Shown here piece after piece: positions 52,986 through 64,000 of a DNA stretch of 64,000 nucleotides (within the stretch, counting starts at the first letter, position 1; each line of letters opens with the position of its first letter). Location of the stretch: positions 17,176,001 through 17,240,000 of the forward strand of contig NC_087437.1 of NCBI RefSeq assembly GCF_036321535.1, given 5' to 3'. The translations under genes were made by a program, and so were the position numbers. Source of the DNA: Camelus dromedarius. Lineage: Eukaryota. The notes under the pieces are model-generated. The model did no database searches and had not been told where the DNA came from. It saw only the letters and a program-made list of their open reading frames with translations.

Positions 52986-55900
52986 TGTGTATGCATATAT
53001 ATGGATATACATTTTCAAAAGCAGAAGATGCAAAACTGAACATGAGGAGAACTCTCAGTTAAGAAACTAACCAAAATTAGAGGCTTTTTCTTTAAAAGAA
53101 AACACAGAAGCAGTTGAAGATTGTATTATTAGTAAATGTGACTCATTTAGCAGTGATATTTAAAGATGGCGAAGGGGGAAGGTGGGAGGCCAAGCAGGGG
53201 GTTAAGGGATGAAATGAGGATTAGGGTATATCAAGAATAAAAGAAAGTTAAATTTGAAAAAGCCCCACAAATGATCTCATACACACTTACAATCCTACCA
53301 CACAGATGAATGCCCTTGGACTAAGGGAAAATGACACGCCAAAATAAAGACTGTCACATCCAGAGATCTTTGAATTTTTTCTGTTTTGACCAGTATCTTC
53401 CAAAGCCTTACATGTTAACCTCTGAAACTGCAATTCCATGAGAAACAGCCTCAAAATATTTCCCAAAATGCTGCCTCTATATCTTCTTCACATCTAGTCA
53501 CATTTTCCCTTTACTTTTTAGTATTCCCATTACTTTATCTTCTTATACTTCAAAACCAAGAGATAGAACTGAGAACCTTAAACGCTCTACTACAATCTCA
53601 ACTTTCACAATTCCTCTCCCACTGCTCTACTCCTAATTCCAAACTGCTTGTTACTTTTCTTACAAAACCAATTCTCTTCTACTTCTGTGTATGTGCAAAT
53701 ACTACCTCATGTTCCATACCCCTCTCTTCTTGAAGCAAACTGGAAAGCTCTAACCTTGAAATTTAGGCAGGGATAGGTCTCACACTTACAGTAAGTTTTC
53801 ATACCACCTTGTGTGTATCACTGAGAGTCCTTTTTGCCACATATTATACGTGTGTGTTCATGTATAACTTGTAAATAATTGTGTTATAAATTTCCTTCAG
53901 CTCCTTACTTTTCTCACTCCACTCTATGTTGACTTCTTTTTAATTAATAAACTTTTTTTAGGGCAGTTTTAAGTTCACAGCAATTTGCCACATAATTTAA
54001 GTGATTCATTCGCATTTCTAGCTCTTCAGGAGATTTTTATGATCTTTTAGTGAGCACTGTCTTCCCTTCCTGTTCCTAGAAATGTCTAGTACCTGGCTCA
54101 TAGAAAAGGAGCTTAACAATCAGCTAGTGTAAAAAATATATATATATCATGCCACTGGATGCAGTATTAACAAAGGGGTAAATAAAGTTAATTCATTAGT
54201 AAGTTTGTTTTTAATGCTATTGTACATGGGGTCTTTTTCACATTATAATTTCTAAATAGTACATAACTGTTACATAAATTACCTCTTGGTTTAACTGAAA
54301 TTTCTCATTTCTGGAAGTCTATAAAGCACCAGAACTACAAAAGGAAGTCAGATTACAGCAAGCTTCACCTCTGGTTCCTCTAGAGAACGAGGTCTCCTGA
54401 CCAAGGTAATGAGTAGTTAAGTTACGCTTCAAGAGTTCAACAGGCCATGTAAAAAAGGTAAACTATAAAGCATCAATTGGACAGATCCAAACTAGAGCTC
54501 TGATAAGGGATCAGAATCAGAAGTCAAATGCAAAATAAAAAACCTAACAAACAGAAGTAAAATTATAAACACAAAGTGGAACCAAGAGAAGAGAATCTTA
54601 CATAAAATACTACATCAAGACTAGAGCAGATTGGAAACAATAAAAATTCAAAGACTGCAGGGATTTAATATGTGAATTTGTTGCAGATTCAAGACATTCA
54701 CTCATCTTTATTATTAATCTAAATCAAAATTTAAGAAAGTATTATGAATATGTACCTATTATCATTTTCAAGAAAAAAAAATTTGAATAAATTTATTTAA
54801 ACATAAAGCCCTCCAAAATTATCTTAACCCATACTAAGTTGTACAACTAACTGACTACAAATAAATGTTATTGATTGCCCTAAGTTTAAAGATCATAAAA
54901 TATGCCATCAGGCTTTAAGATAGCTAAGAAGTAAAAATAAACCCCAAGGAAATGAAGTTTCCTTACACTGAATCACCCTGTACTAAATATATGAGAGAAT
55001 ATGCTTGCAAATAGAAAACTGACAGACTTGTCCATCAAAATTATATGAATTTAAGTTCCCATATGCATTATATTAAAATTGCATTGTGATTTTTAAAAAT
55101 TAAAGTTTTTCTAAAATTCAAATACTGCCACCATTTAACCTCTCTCCAACTAAAAATTACATTCTTTTAAATATTTTCCTAATGGATATACTTACTCATA
55201 CAAACAACAATCATCTGACAACTAAGAGCTTCATTAAGAAAAATACATCACCAGTTAAGTAACAGTACATGAGGAATAAAAAAAAATTCCCAATATGTCT
55301 TTCGACTAAAGTAAATAAAAACCTACTGTTAAAGAGTTTCTGAAAAAGAAAAATACTTACGGGAAAATGTCTTGTAAAAAGCTATAAAAGTAATTAATGT
55401 TGTATAGTCCTATGATTTTCATATAAAAATTATTTCAGAAGTGTGAAAATAACCCACACCTTACCCAATGTCCAAAGAAAAACACTATGAAATTTAACAA
55501 AAACACATAAGGTAAGTTTTTTTTTAATCTGGTGAAGAAAGTATCACTAAAGACCAAACTTTTCTTTCAATTCCCCTCAAAATATATTTATCATTCCATT
55601 AAATAAAACTGTTCAGAAACAAAAATTTCAGCCAAATTTATAGCTCAAGTTTAAAGCCTTATTTAATCAACTCTCCACACTGATCACTATCTCCATCTTT
55701 TATTAACTTGTTTGTATAATATTAATTTGCAAAACTGGCTTTCTAATACTAATTTTCAAAACAAGAATAACATAAACTTTTCTCACTGCAGCATGTACAT
55801 TTCTGTTCTCTGGGTTAGGGATGAACCTGTAGTCTCCAAGAGACATTCTAGAATAGTTTTCTATATGCTTAGTTTCACAGGGGAAAAAAACACACACACA

Positions 55901-56225
55901 CACACACACACAAACTTAAAAAGCCAAGACAATCTTCTTTTGGAGCCTTCCATTTCATACCCCCGACTGGTATCTAAAATCTACTAAATGAAAGGCAATG
56001 TTAGACAATGCTGCTATCCAAAAATGTTTAAAGGAACTTAAAATTCAGTAAGACATAAAAAAATACATGGAATCCATGATAGGTAGACTCTTAGTTTCTT
56101 GAGGGAAGAAAATATTAAGTTTGATGAAACAGTGAAAAAAAAAGATTCTATGGTACCATGATCAGGAAGAAATGGGTTCTTAGTAAATCCTTATGACTAA
56201 ATAAATTTTAAAGAATGAGGTCCAA

Positions 56226-57180
56226 TTTCTCCAAAGAAGACATAGAAATAGGTAACAGGCACCTGAAAAGATGTTCAACATCGCTAATTATTAGAGAAAT
56301 GCAGATCAAAACCACAATAAGGTACCACCTTACACCTGTCAGAAAGGCTATGAATAACAAATGTTGGAGAGGATGTAGAGAAATAGGAACTCTTACTGTT
56401 GGCAGAAATGTAAACTGATGCAGTCACTATGGAAAACAGTATGGCAATTCTTTAAGAAACTAAAAATAGAATTACCATATGATCCAGCAATTCCACTCCT
56501 AGATATACACCCAGAAAAAAGAAAAACTCTAATTCAAAAAGATATATGCATCCAGGTGGTTGTAGCATCTCTATTTACAATAGCCAAGACATGGAAGCAA
56601 TTCAAGTGTCCATCAACAAACAACTGGATTAAGAAGATGTGGTATGTATGTGTGTGTGTGTGTGTATATATATATATACACACACACACACATATATATA
56701 CATACATACACACACACAAAATGGTATTATTACTCAGCCATAAAAAAGAATTAACTACTGCCATTTGCAGCAACATGGATAAATCTAGAGAATATCATGC
56801 TTAGTGAATTAAGTCAGATAAAGACAAATACTATATATCACTTATATGTGAAATCTAAAAAATAATACAAGTAAATGTATATGCAAAACAGAAACAGACT
56901 CACAGATATAGAAAACAAACTTGTGGTTACCAAAGGGAAGAGGGAAGGGGAGACAAATTAGGCATATGGGATTAACAGATACAAACTACTATATATAAAA
57001 AATAGATAAGCAACAAGGATATACTGTATAGCACAAAAATTATAACTATCATCTTATAATAACCTATAATGTAATATAATATGCAAAAATACTGAATCAC
57101 TATGAAGTATACCTGAAACACAATATTGTAAATCAACTATACTTCAATTTAATAAAAAAAAAAAAAAAGAGAGAGAGAGA
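56226..57180 (+). mobile_element. 5'-truncated L1 (artiodactyl-type)
   Basis: ORFs 56215 and 56418 give the ORF2p C-terminus; A/(AG)n tail; TSD gaa(t/a)gaggtccaa at 56213-56225 and 57181-57193. Confidence 0.93.
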
Positions 57181-57395
57181 GAAAGAGGTCCAAATCAGAT
57201 AAAAGATATAAAATTATAGTGGTTCACTGCTCTGTGGATTGGTTTAGGAGTTCTTTTATAGCTGGAAATTCTGAACATTGTTTACTGAACAATAATTAAA
57301 CTATCTAATTTTATGTTGTCACTTTAAATCCAGACAGAGCTATGTGTGAGTTCTCCTCAAATCTATGCTTCCAATACCAAGTGAGATTTTATCTT

Positions 57396-57495
57396 TTTTT
57401 TTTAATTTTTTGTTTAAGTGGATGTACAGGGAATTGAACCCAGGACCTTATGCATGCAAAGCACCCACTCTACCACTGAGCTATTCCCACCTCCT
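57396..57495 (-). mobile_element. tRNA-derived SINE (Vic-1-like)
   Basis: TSD tga(g/c)attttatctt at 57382-57395 and 57496-57509; reverse-complement tRNA-like head. Confidence 0.88.
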
Positions 57496-57549
57496 TGACA
57501 TTTTATCTTAAATTCTGGAAAATTCACACCTTGAACATAGGTATAATTA

Positions 57550-58390
57550 GGAGAACCTGAACTATAATGGATTACAACCCAAAGAATAAGACAATCATCT
57601 AAGAGTCCATAATGCATAAATAAAAACTAAATGAAAACGTAAATGAGGGGAAAAGGAAAGCTTTTCCTCACAGAATAAATACACGCAGAAGGAATGATAA
57701 AAATAGAAAAATCACTTGATAAACATCACAATTATTTTTTTCAGGCAGGAATCATGAATGGATATCAAAACTGGTAGGCAAATGTATAGTGAGAAACCTT
57801 TGTATAGTTTCAAAGTATCTCCCCACAAGATACTAATTAATCACAAAAAGGAAAACAGTAATATTATAGTGGAGAAATATCTGGCAGATCCATCCTTAAC
57901 CAGGGTTAACACCACTAATAACGAGACATATCAATGGGGCCTCCTGATACAATGAACAAAGAAGGATACAACTTCAGTTTCATCACATTCTTGCCGAAAA
58001 AGAAAATTTGAATTTAATCACAAGGATAATCACATAAACACAAACTAAAGGATATTCTACAAAATAACAGGCTGGTATTCTTCAAAAGTGTCAAAGTCAT
58101 GAAAGACTTAAAAAGGCTGAGAAACTGACATATCAAGAAAAGACATGACAACTAAATGCAATATGTGATCCTGGATTGGAAACTAGATCAGACAATGGAT
58201 ATTAGTGGGATAACTGATAAGATTTGAATAAAGTCTGCATAGTAGTTAGAAAATACGCTATCAGTTAATTTTACAATTTTGATAATTGTGCTGTAGTTAT
58301 GTAAGATATTGGCATTTGAAGAAGCTAGGTGAAGAGTACAGAGGATAAATCTCTCTATTATTTTTGCAACTTAAAGACTGAAATTATTTC
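57550..58390 (+). mobile_element. Old L1 3'UTR (L1MC4/L1ME-like)
   Basis: gtatctccccacaagatactaattaatcacaaaaagg, atagtggagaaatatctggcag and gacatgacaactaaatgcaatatgtgatcctggattgg. Confidence 0.75.
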
Positions 58391-58937
58391 AGGAGAGAAA
58401 GAGAAAAATCCAAAATAACTCCCAAACTGTACACTAAAGTACACCTCATTAAAAGATCCAAGATCATGAAGGAAAAAACAGGTGAAGTATTTTATCAAAG
58501 GATCTTCCCACTTTCTCCCAAGGGTTCAAAACATTTCTTTACACTTAGTAATACACTTAAAAAAACTGGGCATCAGTGCTATGTAGGTTCTCCCTCCCCT
58601 CTCCCTACCCAATACAGTCCATGTCTCTTAAAGATTGAGACAGTGATAACTATTCTAACTCATTACAATCAAACTGCACTTAAACTCTTTGCATAACCCA
58701 TGGAGCTCCATGGTACTGTACTGCGCAACAAATGGAATTTCAATAAATCCTTGAATGAGAAAAAAAGAAACCATTTGATAAAATCAATGATATTTTTACA
58801 TACCTCAAAACGCCATAAATGTCCAATTCCATTAAGGAAATAACTAACCAAAGAATGCTAAAAGCCAGAGCCTACAATAGGAGTTTAAGTTTTTTTAATT
58901 TTTTATGCTTATATTTTGCATTTCCAAGGTCTTCCCT

Positions 58938-59452
58938 TGTATTAGTGTCCTAGGGCTGCTATTACAAAGCGCCATAAACTGAATGGCTTTAACAACACAA
59001 ATTTATTCTCCCACAGTTCTACAGTTCTAGAGGCAAGAAGCCCACAATCAAAATGCTGACTGTGCTATGCTCCCTTCCAAAGCCTCTAGGTGAGGATCCT
59101 TCCTTGCCCTTCCAACTTCTGGTAGCCCCAGGCGGTCCTTGGCTTATTGCAGTATAACTCCAATCTCTGCCTCCATCTTCACATGGCTGTTTGACTTTTG
59201 TCTATATGTCTTTGTGTCTTCATATAGCATTCTACTCCCATATAGCATTTCTACTTCATATAGCATTCTACTCCCTTTGTCTCTATTCTCTCTTAAGCAT
59301 AACAGTCAAATTGTATTAGGGCTTGTCCCAATTGAGGATGACCTCATGCTAATTAAATCTGCAAAGACGCTACTTCTAAATAAGGTCACATTCACAGGTA
59401 GGGATTAGGACCTAAACATATCTTTTGGGGGGACACAAATCAGTCCACAACA
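58938..59452 (-). mobile_element. MaLR solo LTR (MLT1-like)
   Basis: TG...CA termini; tgtattagtgtcctagggctgctattacaaag and atctgcaaagacgctacttctaaataaggtcacattc; small internal tandem repeat at about 59219-59275. Confidence 0.85.
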
Positions 59453-62400
59453 CCACTCTATTCCATAAAGGTACTGTTTAGAAGTTACTTATGCAACATC
59501 ACTTTAAGAAATGTTTACCGAACAACTCCAATACGCTATGCAATGCTCTAAGTGCTGAACATACAGAGCTACATAAATTATGTGAAATCCTTTTCTTTAA
59601 GAAGCTGGTATTTCTAGTTCATAGAATCAGGCAATAAAGAAAGAAATAACGATGACAATTTCAGATTGCGCGAAGTGATAGGAGGAGATAAAGTACTTTA
59701 AGAGGATGATCTTAGTCTTTCTAACGGAGTAACATTTGAGCTAATACTTGAAGGATGTGCAAGTCTAATGGCCAATGTAAGAGATAGGAGCAGAGTGACT
59801 ATTCTTGACAACAGATGGAAGGTATTTATTTACTTAAGTGATGTGGTCATGTGGCAATGGTGCAGACACGTTACAATTTATTAGGCACACCAACTTTGAA
59901 ATTATATAATTCCTAAATAGTTTTTTTTACTATAAGAGACTATTCTATGAAATTTTGTACAAAATGTCAGACACTAAATTTTTTATATCATGCTATTTTA
60001 ATTTGGGATAATTTAAATTTGTATAGCCCATAATATCATGAGTTTATGGTGGCAAACTGTGAGTTTCAAAGGACATTTTACTTAATAATCGTAGGCTAGA
60101 TCAAAACAGTTGTTTTAATACAAAACTATAGATTAAACAGTTGCATATTTACTGTTAATAAATAGTATGCTCCACAATTAAAAGAAAATTAACTTTAGAA
60201 GAAAGTAGAGGTGGCACAGAACGTTAGGTTAAGTAGATGTATGAAAGTCCCAGAATAATCATAACCATACCCTTTCATCATTGCTCTCTGGAGCACCAAG
60301 CCTGCCAGTTAACCCAGCATTCATCTTGATTAAATATATTCCAGGGATGCCCCTGATCAGGTTTCTCCTCTTTATTTCTCTAGTATTCCCCACTGTCAAG
60401 CTCACTATCTTCAGTGATAGTGAATTCAAGGAATTCGTGAAGAATTAGCAAAAACTATTACAGTAAGTACAAAATTCTAAAATATTGCAGCTCAATAGAG
60501 TTTAACACAATGATCAGGTTTAATGCAGACTGTTACATTAATTACCAGTTTACTAGACTCATTTCTTATTTCTCAGTTCTCACAAATATGCAGTATTTCT
60601 GTCATATGCTCTTATTACACTGGGTACACTAGAGACTACAGCAAAACCTCTACTAACTAGAATCTGTACAGTATGAACAATTTCATGTCTGGGCTATGTA
60701 TCTGGGGAACTAATGTTCTGCATTAAATCCCAAAATCACTGAGTGTACTGAATAGCAAACCAAAATTATACTAAAGTCTCTCTTGATAACATTGCTCAGA
60801 GCTACATCTTTTATCTCCCATCCCCAAAAAGGGCTTTAAGGGATATTCTTATGGGAGAGCTAGGTTTTAGTTGGGAGAATCTGGTGAAAAGGTTCAATAT
60901 ACGAAGGTGGGGTTTTTGGTGCTAAACCTGCTACCTTTCTTCAACTACCCTATCCCATGCTCTATTATAGGTAAAACAGTAAGTTTTGTTGATTTCAGCC
61001 CCAATTGCCTGTGGTCATACCACTCTCTACCTCCATTTTACCTATACCATCATCTCCTCTCTTATTCTATATTTTGTATCTCTTAACATTACAAATGTTG
61101 CATTCACAGAATGAAGTGATAAACCTTTTCTTCAAAAGTTTCCTAGAATATTATTATCCATGCTATTCATGGCACCTATTTATAAAACTGCCCTGTTTTA
61201 TACTTATACATATCTATTTTGAGTTTTATGGTAAGATCAAGGTCCTGGACATCTTCGTATAGAAACATCTTAGCTATCAGGAACACAGCTGAAAACTAGG
61301 ACAAGTATTTTCCCACAGTCTGAATTCTCTTAGTTACCCACTCTCCTAAACCATTATCACTCTTGCCCTCCATATGTGAACAGGCTCTAATCTTCCTCAT
61401 CAGTGTCATCTACTCATGGCCTGATCACCTACCACGGCTCTTCACATTCATTGAAGATATCTGCATCCTGGTCAGATTTCTGCCCTTACAAGTTCTACCA
61501 CCATGGGCAACATCAAACTAAAACCCAAGTCTCAAGATTCCTGAACCTTTTCAATTCCAAAGACCTTCACACACAGCCTTTGGACTTCATCTACCAACTT
61601 GCACAGCCAAAACTTAACTAATCTGACCCAATCTTCTAGTATTTGCAGGTCTGTCATGCCTACGCTATCCTTATAACTACTCTTCAACTTCATACACACA
61701 GTCTAGTGCTTAACATTGTCTACCTGGTTGTTTTGTCATATCCTTTCCTTAGTAAGCCTATATGAATGTTCTTGTTTCCCTCAAAGCAACACACCATTCT
61801 GTGTAGCCAGACTGGTTTAAAATATTGATTTAATCACACAAGATCAGTTTAAAATCTTTCAAATAGCTCTCTATCACTTCTGGGATAAAATTCAAGTTCC
61901 TAAGCATAGCAAGCAAAAATCTTCTTTGGCTCCTCCCTAGCCTCACTTCCAATCTCTCCCTGACATTTTATGTTTCTGGTAATACCAAACTACTTTTAGT
62001 TCACTGTAAACACCTTTCTGTTCCATACTTTCATGGCTTTGCTCATGCAATTTCCTCCCTGAAACATTCTATTTACCATTTTGTTTCTGTGTTAAATTGA
62101 AAGAGTCCAGTTAGAGTTAATAAAAACTTCTGTAAGAAAGCCAGTAAAACAGAGAAAAATAATTTACTTGTTTTTATCCCCCTGAAAAACTGAATAAAAA
62201 TAATAGAAAATAATATTCCAAAGTTCATAGTAACAATACAAAAATTAAGTTATGTATAAACTTACAGAAACACAGGATAAATATGAAAATAGTCAACTCT
62301 TATGAAGTTCACTTTAAAATGCTTGACTAATGATTATCTCTGAATAGTGAAGTTATGAACAGCTTTTATTCCTTGCTTTTGCTTCTCTGTACTTACTAAA

Positions 62401-63929
62401 AACAACTATTACATACGCAGTAAGAGAGAACCTTTAAGGTTTTTTAAGATCTGTGCAGACCTGAATATAACCTGTTAGGCAAGAATACATCACTAAGAAG
62501 TTACATATACATATACCTACATATACACATCTCCTAGAGCCTAGCTAAACTGTGAATAGCCTTCAACACCAGTTCAGGAAACCTAAGACTTAATTCTGTC
62601 CAATGAACCTGGACTTTTAAAAATATTAATTTGAGGCAGGATGTAAGAAAGACTAGAGGGACTAAAGCCTAGCCCTAAAGCCTACAAAGAAACCAATTAT
62701 AAAGCTATTATAATAGCACTGTCAGCAGATGTTAAGAAACTCAATCATGGTGCTACCAGCAGTCACACAAGAGAAGAGAAAAGTTCAAGAAGAAATATAA
62801 AGACCAAACTGGCAGCTCTTAGCAGTGAACTGGATGTGGTGAATTAAAAAGAGCTGTTGAAAGTGTTACATTTCTAATTCTGTACATGAGAGAATAGTGG
62901 TAGAATATTTTTAAAAAACAAAGAAGGATAAAGAACTGTGGAAGGAAGCACTCCTCAGGGAAGATAATGGGCTCAGTTTTCAAGGTGAAAGGTAACTAGA
63001 TCCTTCAGTCAGAAATGTCCAACACAAAGACAGTATCGTAATGTATAGGAAATTGGGAAAGTGAACTTGGATTCAGGATACAGACTCTAATCTTGGCTTT
63101 GATATTTACCAACTTGTAATATGGCAATTAAACTCTGATTTCCCATGCTAGATTTGTATGTTTTTCAAACTTTGCACATGCTCTCACTCTCTATGGCTGA
63201 AGGACCTTTTTACAAACAATAATCTTACACAGACCACTTATATTGAAATAATCATATACAGACCACCTACATTAAAAGAGCTGAACCTAACAATCAGGGT
63301 TGGAAGCCTTGAGCCCTGCCCACTTACCAAGCCCACATCTCAGTGCCAAATTTCCAATGGAGATATCTCCATAAAATCGTGAGCTCTATGGAAACCAATG
63401 GGCATAGGGCAAGGGAGTGTGAGGTGGGCAGCAGGAAATTACTTATGATCACCTTCAATTCTGGCACTTCAGGAGAAGAAGTAACACCTGAAGTCAGGTG
63501 AGTGATTCAGAACAAAAGTGAAAGGATTGATAAGAATACCCTTTCCTTGTTTAATCAGGAAAATGTCAGAGACAGAAGTGGAAAGATCACAGGAAGGTCT
63601 CAGAACAAAGTTTCAGGAAATTAAAGGTCATCTCATGCATAAAAGCAGTAATAGAGCTTACTGAGGAGAGATAAGTAAAGATTTGACTTCATAAAAATTA
63701 AAACTCTGCACATAAAAACAAACAAGCAAGCTACGAAAACTACCACAAAAAAACAACCAAAGGGTTAATTTTAACATTTCAAAAAGTTGTAACTTATAAA
63801 AATGGTGAAACCAAAAACAAGCAAACTGATAAAGAACAAAGATACAGAAGAAAACTGGCTAACACACCTGTAGAAAAATTACTGATACCACTAATGAAAT
63901 ATAAAACATCATCTCATTATTGTGTTAAT

Positions 63930-64000
63930 CTTTTTTTTTTAATTTTTTTGGGGAGGAGGTAATTAGGTTTATTTATTTTTAATGGAGGTAATGGAGATTG
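63930..64000 (-). mobile_element. 3' part of a tRNA-derived SINE (Vic-1-like), runs off the window edge
   Basis: ggggaggaggtaattaggtttatttatttttaatggaggta matches the tail of the copy at 49894. Confidence 0.8.

Noticed and set aside
27405..64000. STAG1 promoter or CpG island
   Set aside because: The region is CpG-poor and repeat-rich throughout; exon 1 should lie beyond the window.

Overview
AT-rich mammalian genomic DNA, most likely camelid (tRNA-Ala-derived Vic-1-like SINEs, artiodactyl-type L1 3' ends). The window lies inside the 5' part of the cohesin gene STAG1 (SA-1) on the minus strand. It holds three exons: 27293-27404 (83 nt 5'UTR plus 29 coding nt from the ATG), 23200-23302 and 10853-11017, together encoding residues 1-99. 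The first exon and promoter lie beyond 64000 and the next coding exon lies before position 1. Most of the introns are interspersed repeats: old and younger L1s, L2, MIR, a full-length Tigger1, MER8-, MER33-, MER58- and MER63-like DNA elements, MLT1 LTRs and seven SINEs. The most unexpected item is an old, apparently full-length TACSTD2 (Trop-2)-like processed pseudogene at about 3824-5575, sense to STAG1 and not resolved by the ORF track. Other leads: a possible L1 3' transduction inside the Tigger1, an L1 inserted at the exon-2 acceptor, inverted repeats that could promote back-splicing, candidate cryptic exons and a purine mirror repeat. I see no support for a wholly new biological system. 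Family names and reference-sequence comparisons are from memory, not from database searches.
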